Assembly: GCA_963747845.1 (NCBI GenBank)
Contig: CAVVGR010000007.1
Location: forward strand, 2,025 to 66,024
From: an uncultured delta proteobacterium
GTDB lineage: Bacteria; Desulfobacterota; Binatia; Binatales; Binataceae
DNA: 64,000 bases
Direction of reading: 5' to 3'
In this document: positions 40,753 through 51,580 of the stretch, piece by piece
Layout: each line of letters opens with the position of its first letter
How positions within the stretch are numbered: position 1 is the stretch's first letter
Made by a program: the position numbers and the translations under genes
Notes under the pieces: generated by a model
What the model saw: only the letters and a program-made list of their open reading frames with translations
The model's database searches: none
Told to the model about the DNA's origin: nothing

Positions 40753-42396
40753 TCACTTTCCGCGCCGGGCGCGATATCTCCGGATCAGCGCGTTCGTCGA
40801 GCTGTCGTGCTCCAGCTTCGGCTCTGTCTTTGATTCCAGCTCGGGGATGATCTTTTGCGCGAGCACTTTGCCGAGCTCCACTCCCCACTGATCGAATGAG
40901 TCGATATTCCAGACGGCGCCTTGCGTGAACACGCTGTGCTCATACAGCGCGACCAGCTTGCCCAGCGTCTCCGGCGTCAGCTCGTCCGCCAGGATTACCG
41001 ACGACGGCCGGTTGCCTTCGAATACTCGCGCGGGCACCAGCCAGTCCGGCGTGCCTTCGGCTTTCACTTGCGCGGGAGTTTTCCCGAATGCCAGCGCTTC
41101 GGCTTGCGCGAAGATGTTCGAGAGCAGCAGGTCGTGATGCCGTCCGAGCGGATTCAGCGCGCGGCAAAATCCGATGAAGTCGCACGGGATCAGCTTCGTG
41201 CCCTGGTGGATGAGCTGGTAGAACGAATGCTGCCCGTTGGTGCCGGGCTCGCCCCAGTAAATCGGCCCGGTCTGGTAATTGACGGGCGCGCCTTCGAGCG
41301 TGACGTGCTTGCCGTTCGATTCCATCGTGAGCTGCTGCAGGTAGGCGGGAAAGCGCTTGAGGTATTGCTCGTACGGCAGCACGGCAACGGTTTGCGCGCC
41401 GAAAAAATCGTTGTACCAGACCCCGAGCAGGCCCATCAGCACCGGCAGATTGCGCTCGAACGGCGCGGTGCGAAAATGCTCGTCGATCGTGTGGAAGCCC
41501 GCCAGCATCGCGCGAAAATTATCCGCGCCGACCGCAATCATCGTGGACAGGCCAATCGCCGAGTCCATCGAGTAGCGGCCGCCGACCCAGTCCCAGAAGC
41601 CGAACATGTTTTTCGTGTCGATGCCGAACTTTGTCACCTCGGCCGCGTTGGTCGAGACCGCGACGAAATGCTTCGCGACCGCCTTTTCGTCGCCGAGCGC
41701 CTTGAGACTCCAGTCGCGCGCCGTGTGCGCGTTGGTCATCGTCTCGAGTGTCGTAAAAGTTTTCGACGAAATGATGAACAGCGTTTCGGCCGGGTCGAGG
41801 TCGCGGGTGGCCTCGGCGAAATCGGTGCCGTCGACGTTCGAGACGAAGCGCATGGTCAGATTGCGGTCGCTGTAGTGGCGCAGCGCCTCGTACGCCATCA
41901 CCGGTCCGAGGTCGGAGCCGCCGATGCCCACATTTATGACGTTGCGGATGCGCTTGCCGGTGTGGCCCTTCCATGAACCGTCGCGGATGTGCCCGGAAAA
42001 CTCCGCCATGCGATCGAGCACCTCGTGGACCTTGGGCACCACGTCGTCGCCGTCGACGCCGATCGACGCGGTGCGCGGCGCGCGCAGCGCGATATGCAGC
42101 ACGGCGCGCTTCTCGGTCACGTTGATCTTGTCGCCGCGGAACATCGCGTCGATGCGCCCGCGAAGTCCGATTTCCTCGGCCAGCGCGAGCAGCAGCTTAA
42201 TGGTCTCGTCGGTCACGCGATGCTTCGAGTAGTCGAAGTACAGGCCCGCCGCCTCGACCACGAGCCGCTCGCCGCGTTTCGGGTCCGCGTCGAACATTGC
42301 CTTCAGGTGACGGCTGCGAATCTGATCGTAATGCGCCTGCAAGGCCTTCCACGCGGGGCGCTGATCGAGCAAAACAGCTTTGGTTGATTCGGGCAT
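40753..42396 (-). CDS. pgi: glucose-6-phosphate isomerase
   Basis: 547 aa with a classic PGI layout: [42 protein letters not shown]. Confidence 0.9.
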   Translation of the reverse strand: MPESTKAVLLDQRPAWKALQAHYDQIRSRHLKAMFDADPKRGERLVVEAAGLYFDYSKHRVTDETIKLLLALAEEIGLRGRIDAMFRGDKINVTEKRAVLHIALRAPRTASIGVDGDDVVPKVHEVLDRMAEFSGHIRDGSWKGHTGKRIRNVINVGIGGSDLGPVMAYEALRHYSDRNLTMRFVSNVDGTDFAEATRDLDPAETLFIISSKTFTTLETMTNAHTARDWSLKALGDEKAVAKHFVAVSTNAAEVTKFGIDTKNMFGFWDWVGGRYSMDSAIGLSTMIAVGADNFRAMLAGFHTIDEHFRTAPFERNLPVLMGLLGVWYNDFFGAQTVAVLPYEQYLKRFPAYLQQLTMESNGKHVTLEGAPVNYQTGPIYWGEPGTNGQHSFYQLIHQGTKLIPCDFIGFCRALNPLGRHHDLLLSNIFAQAEALAFGKTPAQVKAEGTPDWLVPARVFEGNRPSSVILADELTPETLGKLVALYEHSVFTQGAVWNIDSFDQWGVELGKVLAQKIIPELESKTEPKLEHDSSTNALIRRYRARRGK

Positions 42397-42408
42397 GGTC
42401 GTCTCCTT

Positions 42409-43302
42409 TCACAAACGCGGGGTCGCTGGAATTTCTCCGGCGAGACCGCGACGGACTTCATTTTCGTGCGCGGAATTGCGCGACAGGCTTTGCGGCGCGA
42501 GCATCTGAAACATGATGAGCGTTGCCGGCACCAGATAGAAAATCGAACCCGGCACCCACATGATAGCACCCGCGACGATCTGATCGCCCATCGGCGTGAA
42601 GCCCGCTACGTGCGGCGCGCTTGCATATAAAGGATAGAGCAGCCGATTGGAAAACATGAAGAGCGCGGCCAGGATGGTGTTCTGCCCGTCGGCCAGCAGC
42701 AGATACGGCACGATTGCCCATCGTGGCCATCGCGCGGCGCTCGGCCAGGGCTGGATGACCGGGTACCAGAACATCAGCGCGGTGGTGAAAAAGCATGCGT
42801 GCTCGACCACGTGCCAGCCGTCGGATCGCAGCGCGAGCTGAAAGGTGGCGGGCACATGCCATCCCCAGGTGGCGGCGACAAATGCGATCCAGCACACGAG
42901 CGGCCGCGTCAGCCACGCGAAGACTCGTCGCACGGTGCTCGATCGAAGAATCGGACCGACGATCAATTTGGCGATGCGCGCAGGCATCCCGCGCACCAGC
43001 GCGATAGCCGGCGCACCCTCGAGCAGGAGCGGCGGCGCAACGATCATCAACAGTAGATGCTGCGTCATGTGGATCTGCAGCAGCAGATCGTCGAGTGCCT
43101 CGAGCGGCGACGCGATCGCGATGAACAGCGCGCCAATCCCGCCCATGAACGCCGCGAGTCGCCAGATGGGGAAGCGCTCCGGCATCTGGCGATGCAGGCG
43201 GACGAAGCCGCGCGCGTAAATCGCGGCGGTCACGAGCAGCATCGCGATCGTCGGGATGGGCGGCGTCCACGAATCGAGGGCGTTTTGTACTACAGGGTTC
43301 AC
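42409..43302 (-). CDS. ctaG: cytochrome c oxidase (caa3-type) assembly factor CtaG
   Basis: Polytopic. The HMTQHLLLMIVAPPLLLEGAP motif is characteristic of the Caa3_CtaG family. It overlaps the upstream gene by 4 nt. Confidence 0.75.
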   Translation of the reverse strand: MNPVVQNALDSWTPPIPTIAMLLVTAAIYARGFVRLHRQMPERFPIWRLAAFMGGIGALFIAIASPLEALDDLLLQIHMTQHLLLMIVAPPLLLEGAPAIALVRGMPARIAKLIVGPILRSSTVRRVFAWLTRPLVCWIAFVAATWGWHVPATFQLALRSDGWHVVEHACFFTTALMFWYPVIQPWPSAARWPRWAIVPYLLLADGQNTILAALFMFSNRLLYPLYASAPHVAGFTPMGDQIVAGAIMWVPGSIFYLVPATLIMFQMLAPQSLSRNSAHENEVRRGLAGEIPATPRL

Positions 43303-44762
43303 TGCGATGCGGGCACCGCTGGTTGTGCCGAGTCGCGCGCGGGCGGCTGGCCATGCGGATGCATCGTGCTGAGGAACGCGACGATCGCGTTGACCTCGGC
43401 CGGGCTCAGGTTCTTGCCGTACGCCGGCATGTTGCCGCCGCCCTGAATTATCTGGCGCACGATCTGGTCGGGCGTGAGCCGCGTCGCCGTGTCGTCGAGC
43501 GCCGGCCCGCGCAGTCCGCCTTCACCGCCGAGCGAATGACAATTGCGGCACTGCTTGCTCTGCACCAGCAGCGCGCCCTGGAGCTCGAGCGGAGTGCGGC
43601 CCTTCAGGTCATCGGCGGGAGTCGGCGCGGCGCTCCACGCGTCCATCACCGGCGACCATGGCGAGAACGTTCCCAGCCACGTGAGCGTGCCGACGAGCGT
43701 GACCGCGAGTATCACGATCACGACCGAGATCGGCCGCCGCTCCCAACTCTTCTCGCCCGTTCCCGAAATGAACGGCACCGCGAACAGCAGTCCGATCACA
43801 GCGACCGGCCCGGTGAGCATCAGGAAGGTCTCAGTCCACGGCGGCAGCAGCGCGAAGATCGAAAACAGCCACAGGAAGAAAAAGTCCGGGCGCGGAACGG
43901 TCTGGATGATTGTCGGATCGGGCTGGCCGTTGGGACCGATCGGACCTTCGATCGCGGCAATCACGATCAGGCTCAGGATGATCAGTCCCGCGAAGACGAG
44001 ATCCTTTTGCGCCGCGAACGGCATGAACGGCTCGCCGTCCGCATGCACCAGCTCCTGGTACTGCTTGATGTAGTTGTCGCGCCTGACGATCCGGCCCGGC
44101 ATCGGCCATTCGTTGATGCCCAGCCGCAACACGAGGAACAGATGCAGGCCGACGAAGCCGATCAGCAGGCCCGGAATGACGAACACGTGCAGCGCGAAGA
44201 AGCGCGACAGCGTCTCGGCGCCGATGATCGGTCCGCCGAGAATGAGATCCACCACCTTCGAGCCGATGATCGGAGTGCGGCCCGCGATCGACGCGCCGAT
44301 GCCGAGACCCCAGTACGCGTTCTGATCGAAGCGCAGCACCTGGCCGGTGAACGCCATGCCGAGCGTGCACAACAGCAGTACGCATCCCGCGACCCAGGTG
44401 AGTTCGCGCGGAAATTTGTACGCGCCGAACAGAAAGACCTGGATCATGTGCACGAACATCAGCGCGACCATGAAGTTCGAGCCCCAGCCGTGCAGCGCGC
44501 GCAGATACCATCCGAGCGGCTGCTGGTAGTTGAGATATATGAGGCTGTCCCATGCGCGATCAGCGGCGGGCGTGTAGACCGTCGCGAGGCAGATGCCGGT
44601 GACTACCTGCAGGATGAAGACGACCAGCGTCGCGCTGCCGAAGATATACCACCAGCTCGCGGAGCTGCGCGGCACCGGATGTTCGGCGACGCTGGTGATA
44701 GCCTCGCCGACCTGCAGCCGAGCGTCGAGCCATCGGCCTACTGACTTGAGCAATTCGATCAT
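43299..44762 (-). CDS. cytochrome b fused to a C-terminal mono-haem cytochrome c domain
   Basis: Start is MIELLKSVGRWLDARL at 44762 (ATGA overlap with the Rieske stop). WWYIFGSATLVVFILQVVTGICLATVYTP and later helices are typical of cytochrome b. The C-terminus carries CRNCHSLGGEG (CxxCH). Confidence 0.85.
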   Translation of the reverse strand: MIELLKSVGRWLDARLQVGEAITSVAEHPVPRSSASWWYIFGSATLVVFILQVVTGICLATVYTPAADRAWDSLIYLNYQQPLGWYLRALHGWGSNFMVALMFVHMIQVFLFGAYKFPRELTWVAGCVLLLCTLGMAFTGQVLRFDQNAYWGLGIGASIAGRTPIIGSKVVDLILGGPIIGAETLSRFFALHVFVIPGLLIGFVGLHLFLVLRLGINEWPMPGRIVRRDNYIKQYQELVHADGEPFMPFAAQKDLVFAGLIILSLIVIAAIEGPIGPNGQPDPTIIQTVPRPDFFFLWLFSIFALLPPWTETFLMLTGPVAVIGLLFAVPFISGTGEKSWERRPISVVIVILAVTLVGTLTWLGTFSPWSPVMDAWSAAPTPADDLKGRTPLELQGALLVQSKQCRNCHSLGGEGGLRGPALDDTATRLTPDQIVRQIIQGGGNMPAYGKNLSPAEVNAIVAFLSTMHPHGQPPARDSAQPAVPASQ

Positions 44763-45262
44763 GCTGTCGGTTTTCCCAGCGTCGGCAGCTCGCCGGCATA
44801 AATCCAAAGCTGGCCGGCATCGACCTTGTATTTGTACTGATACAGCGCGCGCGGCGGCGGTCCCGACGCATGTTTGCCGTCGGAGTAGAATACGCCGCCG
44901 TGACACGGGCACATGAACAGCTGGGATTCGGCGAACCATCGCACCGGGCAGCCGAGATGGGTGCAGTTGATCGCGAAGACCTGGAAATCGTTGCCCGTCA
45001 TGCGGCGCACCCAGCAGGGAAGTTTTGCGGTCGCGCCGTCCCACGCTTTCCGGTACGGATTCAAGTACTCGGCCAGTCGCGTCTGATTTTCCGGATAGTC
45101 AGTCAGCGGGCCGAGCGCTATCCAGTCGAGCCAGATGAAGCGCCGTGCGGGAGATAGTACGTAGCCGAGAATAGGTATTGCGAACAGCGCAACAGCTATT
45201 GAGTTAATGACTATACCGAGGCTGAAGAGAAACGTTCGGCGCGTGGTTTTTTCAGTATCCAT
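44759..45262 (-). CDS. Rieske [2Fe-2S] subunit
   Basis: An N-terminal TM helix, then CTHLGCPV...CPCHGGVF (CxH...CxxH cluster ligands). Confidence 0.85.
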   Translation of the reverse strand: MDTEKTTRRTFLFSLGIVINSIAVALFAIPILGYVLSPARRFIWLDWIALGPLTDYPENQTRLAEYLNPYRKAWDGATAKLPCWVRRMTGNDFQVFAINCTHLGCPVRWFAESQLFMCPCHGGVFYSDGKHASGPPPRALYQYKYKVDAGQLWIYAGELPTLGKPTA

Positions 45263-45263
45263 T

Positions 45264-45974
45264 TCAATTGCTCTTTGCCAGCGGTGAAGCGGGACGTTTC
45301 GATGCCAGCCACGCGACCACATCGGACACCTGCGCGGGCGTCAGCGGTTGTCCGGCGACGTCGTTTTTCCAATCGGGATGACCCAGCTCGGGGCGTCCCG
45401 CGATGACGATCGTGCGCAAGTACTGGTCGCTGACGAGCGACAGGTAAGACGGATCGACGACGGAACCTGCAGTCGGCCCGCCTTTGCCGTCGGCGCCATG
45501 ACACGATTGGCAATTCGCCGCGAATACTTGCGCGCCATTATTGGAATCGCCAGCTGCGGAAGCGGAGTAGGGCGGTGCGCCCGCTCCTGCGGATGAATCA
45601 CCAGCCCATTTCTGGCGCATGCCGCCTATCAGAAGGTCGATCTGAGAATCTGTCAGTGAACCGCCGGCGCTCTTCGCAAACGGCGGCATCGGAGTGCCTG
45701 CGACGCCGCCGGCGATCACGCGGCGCATCGAGGCGTCGTCGACGATCGCCAGGTAAATCGGATTGTTGAGAGCGATTGCCGCGCCGGACTTGCCGTCAGC
45801 GCCATGGCATCCCGCACAATTTTCGCCGTAGAGCGCGGCGAAGTCAGTCACGGCGGAAGGGCGCAGCGGCAATTCGGCCTGGGTAGGGCGGCCGGGAAAT
45901 GAATCGCAGCCGGCGAGCATGAATGCCGCGATCGATGCGCTCGCGAGGAGCGATTTGAGCCTGCGCGCGTTCAA
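45264..45974 (-). CDS. dihaem cytochrome c lipoprotein
   Basis: Lipobox AAFMLAGCDS and two CxxCH motifs (CAGCHGADGKSG and CQSCHGADGKGG). Confidence 0.85.
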   Translation of the reverse strand: MNARRLKSLLASASIAAFMLAGCDSFPGRPTQAELPLRPSAVTDFAALYGENCAGCHGADGKSGAAIALNNPIYLAIVDDASMRRVIAGGVAGTPMPPFAKSAGGSLTDSQIDLLIGGMRQKWAGDSSAGAGAPPYSASAAGDSNNGAQVFAANCQSCHGADGKGGPTAGSVVDPSYLSLVSDQYLRTIVIAGRPELGHPDWKNDVAGQPLTPAQVSDVVAWLASKRPASPLAKSN

Positions 45975-45981
45975 CTTGAGG

Positions 45982-46812
45982 CTAGTCCTTGCGTTTCTCG
46001 CCGAGGCCGCGCGCCTCGATGCCGGTGCGAGCGGCGAACGGCAGATGCTGCAGCGTGTGTACTTGCTCGGTCAGGTTAACCACGAAACCGGCGACGGCGC
46101 CGAACGCGATTTGGCAGACGATGAACTGGCGCCATTCGATTCGCGCGTCGAGCACCGGATTGATCACGCTGAGCGACGACCACAGCAGACCGGTCCACAA
46201 AAGCGGGGCGACGATCGCGGCCCACAACGCGGGGTAGCGCGGGAACATCGGCAGCATCACGCCGTAGAGCAGTCCGATCAGAATTGAAGCGGCGGCGTGA
46301 ATGAAGAGCGCGACGATGAATGCTTCCGGAATGAACGATGACAGCGTTGCCGTGTCGGCGTTGGCGAGATTGGCCATCGCGGTCGCGGCGAGAATGTTGA
46401 TCGTGTACCAAATGCTGCCGTGATAAATGAGTCCCTGAAGCGCAGCAAGCGCTCCCATCACGACGCCGCCCGCGATGCCGCCCTTGATTCCGGCCGAGTA
46501 AGGATAGATTTGCAGCGGCAGCACGGCGCGATTACCAAGTTCGCCGACCTGCAGATAGTCGACGCCAATTTGCTCTTCGATGACCGGTGCCGCTTTAGGC
46601 TCCATCCGAACCATCACGTGTTGCTCGAAGGGAAGCACGTCGCGGAACCATCCGACCGCGCCCGCGATGAACATAACGAAGCCGACCATGCTGACCGCGA
46701 CGTTGGTGACGAGACCGGCGAAGGAGAGCGTCAAGCCGAGCGCGAATATCATCGGCCATGCGGTCGGCGCGGGAGTTTCGATTAGCTTGTCGCTGTTTTC
46801 TTCAGTAGCCAT
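45982..46812 (-). CDS. conserved-looking polytopic membrane protein of unknown function inside the respiratory cluster
   Basis: 276 aa with about 7 hydrophobic segments and tight spacing to both neighbours (9-10 nt). No motif recognised. Confidence 0.55.
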   Translation of the reverse strand: MATEENSDKLIETPAPTAWPMIFALGLTLSFAGLVTNVAVSMVGFVMFIAGAVGWFRDVLPFEQHVMVRMEPKAAPVIEEQIGVDYLQVGELGNRAVLPLQIYPYSAGIKGGIAGGVVMGALAALQGLIYHGSIWYTINILAATAMANLANADTATLSSFIPEAFIVALFIHAAASILIGLLYGVMLPMFPRYPALWAAIVAPLLWTGLLWSSLSVINPVLDARIEWRQFIVCQIAFGAVAGFVVNLTEQVHTLQHLPFAARTGIEARGLGEKRKD

Positions 46813-46821
46813 TGCATTAGC

Positions 46822-47424
46822 CTATCGGCCGATCACGTACACTGTAGTGAATACTACTATCCAGACCGCATCGACGAAGTGCCAATACCAGGAGAGCACG
46901 TCGGTACGCTCGATATGACGTTCGTTCATGTAGCCGCACATAGTCAGAATCAGGACGAGTAGAATCAGCAGCAGGCCAATAGTCACATGGAGCGCATGCA
47001 GTCCCACCAGTGAGTAATAGGTAGTGCCGAAGAGATTGGTGCCGATGGTCAGGCCGTCGTGATAAATCAGATGGTGCCATTCGAGCGCGGTGCCAATCAA
47101 AAATTCGAGACCGAGCGCGAAGGTGACGAACCACCAGACGGCAAAGGCGCGAGTCGAGCCGGCGCGCAGCGAGCGAATCGCAAGCACGATCGTGATGCTG
47201 CTGGAGAGCAGGCAGATGGTGTTGAGAATCGGCGGCGACAGAACGTCTTTCGGGAACGGTCCGGTCAGGCTTTTGCCAAGGTAAAAGATATAAGCGACGA
47301 CAAAGATCAAGAAAAACGACGACTCAGTAAGGATCAGCAAAAGAATGCCGACATGCCCCTTCCGCGGCTGGCTCTCCTTCCACGCGGCAGCGGGCGATTG
47401 GATTGCGGTGCTTGCGGCGGCCAT
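46822..47424 (-). CDS. ctaE: cytochrome c oxidase subunit III
   Basis: Start is MAAASTAIQS at 47424, a 1-nt overlap with the coxI stop. LSWYWHFVDAVWIVVFTTVYV is typical of the subunit III C-terminus. Confidence 0.85.
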   Translation of the reverse strand: MAAASTAIQSPAAAWKESQPRKGHVGILLLILTESSFFLIFVVAYIFYLGKSLTGPFPKDVLSPPILNTICLLSSSITIVLAIRSLRAGSTRAFAVWWFVTFALGLEFLIGTALEWHHLIYHDGLTIGTNLFGTTYYSLVGLHALHVTIGLLLILLVLILTMCGYMNERHIERTDVLSWYWHFVDAVWIVVFTTVYVIGR

Positions 47425-49110
47425 TATTCGTACTTCCAATCCGGGTCTTCCGGATGTTTCAGATCCCACAACGGTCGTCGGCTGCGCACCACCGGCGGTT
47501 CGGCAAAGTTGTACGCCGGAGGCGGCGAGGTCGTAGACCATTCCAGCGTCCACGCATCCCACGGGTCATCGCCCGCTATCTCGCCGGAGATCAGTGAACG
47601 CACGATGTTGATGACGAAGATTAAAACCGCAATGCCCTGCACCAGCGCGCCGATCGATTCTACAAAGTTAAAAGTGTCGAGGCCCCGCCCGGGCTGGAAC
47701 GTATAGATGCGCCGCGGCATCCCCTGCAGTCCGGCGAAATGCATCGTGTCAAAGGTCAGATGAAAGCCAATCAGGAATAGCCAGAAATGCCACTTACCCA
47801 GAGTCTCACCCAGCATTCGGCCAGTAGCCTTTGGGAACCAGTAGTAGATAGCGGCGAATATCATGAAGACTATCGCGCCGACTAGTACATAGTGGAAATG
47901 AGCAACCACGAAGTAGGTATCGGTGACCTGCCAATCAAGGGGCGCTACCGCGAGCATGATGCCGGTCAAGCCTGCGATCAGGAACTGAAAGATGAACGCC
48001 ACGCTGAACAGCATCGGTACCCTGAAGCGAAGCTTTCCGCCCCACATGGTTCCCAGCCAGTTGAAGATCTTGATACCGGTGGGGACGCCTACAAGCATCG
48101 ACGAGGCGGCAAAAAACGAGTTGCCCGCAGGGGTCATGCCGACCGCGAACATATGGTGCGCCCACACGCTCATGCTGATGAACCCGATCGCACACGTCGC
48201 CGCGACCATCACGCTGTAACCGAAGATCACCTTGCGCGAGAACACCGGAATGATCTCGGAGGCAAATCCAAAGGCAGGTATGACCAGGATATAAACTTCA
48301 GGATGGCCGAAGATCCAGAAGAAGTGCTGCCACAATATCGCGGAGCCGCCGGCCTGGGTGTCGAAGAAATGCGCGCCGAGAAACCGATCGAGCAGCAACA
48401 TCACCTGCGCAGCAGAGAGCGGCGGCATCGCGATCAGAATCATGAAGGAGACGACGATCGCCATCCACACCAGCACCGGCATCTTGCGTGAGCGTCATCC
48501 CTTCGCATCTCATGCAGAAGGCGGTGGCGATTATGTTGATGGCGGTCGCGGTCGAGCCGACAGTAGTCAGTAGAATACTCAGTATCCAATAGTCAGTACT
48601 GTTGCCGCGCGAGAATGGCAGCTCCGTCAGCGGTGCATACGCGAACCATCCAACGTCGGGCGCACTGCCCGCGCCGTACAAGCCGTCGCCGGCGATATAG
48701 CTGAAGTAGAGCAGGAAGGCGCCGAAGAACCATAGCCAGAAGCCGAATGCGTTGAGCCGCGGGAAGGCGAGGTCGCGCGTGCCAATCATCAGTGGCACCA
48801 GGTAGTTGAAAAAGCCGGTAAGGATCGGCATCCCGACCAGGAACACCATCGCGGTGCCATGCATCGTCATCAGGCGATTGAATACCTGCGGCGGTATGAT
48901 GCCGGCGTCGGGGACGGCGAGTTGCAGGCGAATCAATCCGGCCTGCAGGCCGGCGATCAGGAAAAAGAAGAGCCCGCCCCCGATGTACATAATGCCGAGG
49001 CGTTTGTGATCGACCGTGACGACCCATTCGTGGAGCTTGCCGAGGATCGGCAGCGCCTGCGGGTCGTCGACGGCGCCGAGAGGAATTTCGCGTTCGATTG
49101 TTCCCGCCAT
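47424..49110 (-). CDS. ctaD: cytochrome c oxidase subunit I (frame change near 48486)
   Basis: ORF 48298-49110 (VDHKRLGIMYIGGGLFFF...MTMHGTAMVF...AFPRLNAFGFW) and ORF 47424-48482 (MPVLVWMAIV...WQHFFWIFGHPEVYILVIPAFG...HHMF...FHYVLVG) are collinear halves of CoxI. The junction reads ...MTLT(c)KMPVLVW. Merged length is 1 mod 3. Confidence 0.9.
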
Positions 49111-49126
49111 GCCGGTATCTTCCCGC

Positions 49127-50243
49127 CTAATGCAGCGTCGCCAGGTACGCGACGAGGTCGTTGAGGTCCTTATCGCCGAGGTTCATCGCCGGCATCAACG
49201 CGCCGGGCTTCATGACGTTGGGATCCGCCACCCAGACCTTGAGATTATCGGGCGTGTTCATCGCCGCACCCGAGCCGATTGTCTCGCGCGCCATCAGATG
49301 AGTGAGGTCAGGACCGAAACGTCCGTTGGCCGAGGTGCCCTGGATGGTGTGGCAATTCACGCATGCGGTGGATTCAAAGACCTGGCGTCCGTGGACGACC
49401 GACGCATCGACGTTGGGCGGCTGCTTCTGCGCCGCGACCCATTTGTCGAAGTCGGCCCGAGGCTCGACGATGACCCGAATCAGCATGAGCGCGTGCTCGG
49501 TGCCGCAGTACTCGCCGCATTGCCCCAGGTAGGTGCCCAGCTCGTGCGGCTCGATCCACATCTCGTTTTTCTTATTGGGGATGACGTCGGTTTTGCCCGC
49601 GAGGCGCTGCACCCAGAAGCTGTGCGCGACGTCGGCCGACTCGAGATCGAGAAAGGTCGGCGTGGGATTCTTCGGATCGCTCAGCGGAACGTGAAGCTCG
49701 TTGGCGGTGACGACGCCGAGGTCAGGGTAGCGGAACTCCCACCACCATTGATGCGCAATCACGTGGACGCTGATAGCGCCCGGCGGCCGCGCCGCCGCCT
49801 GCACGACAAATATGGTGCGAGCGGTGATGAGGATGAGTACGAATACAATGATGACGGGGACCGTCGTCCACGCGAACTCGATCGGATTGCTGCCATACAC
49901 CTGCGGCGGCTCGCGGGTATCGTCGCCGGGGCGCCCGCGAAAGCGCACTATGCTGTAAGTCAGCAGCCCGCCGACGATCAGAAAAATCGCGCCACAGATC
50001 ATTACGACGAAAAACGCGACAACATCGATGTCGTGGGCGGGAGTCGAGACCGGGTTGGAAGATACTGCTGGGCGGAATTTTCGAGTTCGAATCGCCCATC
50101 CCCCAATCGTTCGCCAACGCGGCGACGGGGGCGCAGCCCGCCCCTGCAATGATAGCGGCAATCGTCGGCCAGCAGCGCTGCTTAAGTGCGTCCAAGATCT
50201 TCGCAGGCCCCGCGCGGCCGCGTGTGCCGATGCCGCCGCGCAA
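49127..50243 (-). CDS. ctaC: cytochrome c oxidase subunit II with C-terminal cytochrome c domain (caa3-type; frame change near 50057)
   Basis: CuA site HSFWVQ...CGEYCGTEHALM and a C-terminal CVNCHTIQG. The lipoprotein-like leader (TIAAIIAGAGC...IPPSSIF) lies in ORF 49722-50243 and joins NPVSTPAHDIDVVAFF of ORF 49127-50161. The exact start is uncertain. Confidence 0.85.
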
Positions 50244-50331
50244 TCACGAATCTTAGTGACGTGGCACGACTATCACAAATCTTTTTTTATGACTAAGCAG
50301 TCCGTGACCGGCGAGGAACCGCCAACGAAGC

Positions 50332-51226
50332 TTAATTCGAGGCGGCTGACACGATCGCGTGATCGCCGCGCGGCAGAATCATCACCTCGGACATGCGGGT
50401 CTCGGGATCGAGCATGATGAAGTAGGCGGGGAAGCCGGTCTCGGTGACGGCGACGTCGGTGCGCGCGTCGCAACCGCAGCGCGCGGCCATCCCGTCGTTG
50501 ATGGTGGCGAGGCGGTCGAGGCTGAGCGCGGCGAGCTGCAGGTTCGCGTCGTCGATCGAGAGCTTCAGCGTCGAATCTTTCAGCTCAACGTTCGCGGCGA
50601 CAGGCGGTTCCGGAGACGGTCGAGGTCTTGACGACCCAGCGCTCGAATTCGTCCTTGTTCATCGACTCGACGTTCGGATAGGTCTTGCGCGCGGCTGAGA
50701 TAGCGGCGTGGAGCGAGCGCTTTTTGCCGGTCGTGTCCGTGGGCACCTGCGCGTCGGCCAGCGTCCAGATTTTCTGCGACCATCGGGCAACCGTCGCCGG
50801 GTCGTCACCCGGCAAACCCTGGTAGTCGGTCGCGGCGCGCTCGGCGTCGGCGAGATCATGAGCGGCGAGCGCGGCTTCGACCTCGTCGGCATCTTTTTGA
50901 CGCTCGGCGTCGTCGAGTTGGGCGATTATCGTGCCGCTCTGGCTGTCAGGCTCCTTGCTGGCCTCGAGGCATACGCTGCGCTGCTCGGCCAGCGAGAAGG
51001 TGGGGCGGCCGATCATGAAGTCGCACAGGCAGAGGTCGTCTTTCACTTCGCGCCGCTCGCCCGGACTCAGGTCGTCGCGCGAGGACAAAGCGACAAGTTC
51101 CTGACGCGCTGCCGGATAATTGGCGGCCGCAATTTGGCTCCGTGCAGAGCTGAGCGCCGACGGGGCGCATCCCGCAAGCCCGACCGCGAGCGCAATCACC
51201 AGGGCTGCCTGGGCGGCAAGCCGCAT
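50332..51226 (-). CDS. hypothetical lipoprotein (frame change near 50608)
   Basis: MRLAAQAALVIALAVGLAGC lipobox. After ...VKTSTVSG the ORF continues in another frame (PPVAANVELKDSTLKLSIDDANLQLAALSLDRLATINDGMAARCGCDARTDVAVTETGFPAYFIMLDPETRMSEVMILPRGDHAIVSAASN*). Merged length is 1 mod 3. Confidence 0.5.
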
Positions 51227-51440
51227 AGCAGCAGACGAACATATAGATGAGAGGCAGTCGCCCAGCATGAGTCGATTATGGCAAAGGCGGCGTCCGATTG
51301 CCTAACCGGCGAGATGCGTCATGCGGCGGCGTGTCGGCGACGGAATCAGCCGATGTACCGCGATGCGACACACGTGATCGCAGATTAGCGCGCGCGATCT
51401 GCTCTAGACGGCTACCTCGCTCTTCGCATCGAGCTGACGC

Positions 51441-51456
51441 TGGCATGAGTGGTGCA
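51441..51456 (+). promoter_or_regulatory. sigma-54 (-24/-12) promoter candidate upstream of flp
   Basis: TGGCATgagtgGTGCA. GG (51442-51443) and GC (51454-51455) are separated by exactly 10 nt, a close match to TGGCAC-N5-TTGCA. It lies ~125 nt upstream of the flp ATG. Confidence 0.6.
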
Positions 51457-51580
51457 ATTCAACCTACTTGACGACGCCGAGCAAGATTGAACACGGCGGA
51501 AAACAACCGGCAGTCAACCGACCGGTAAGCGTGAAGGAAATCGAATGCGCTGACGCAACGCGCAAAGGAGGACATCAATA

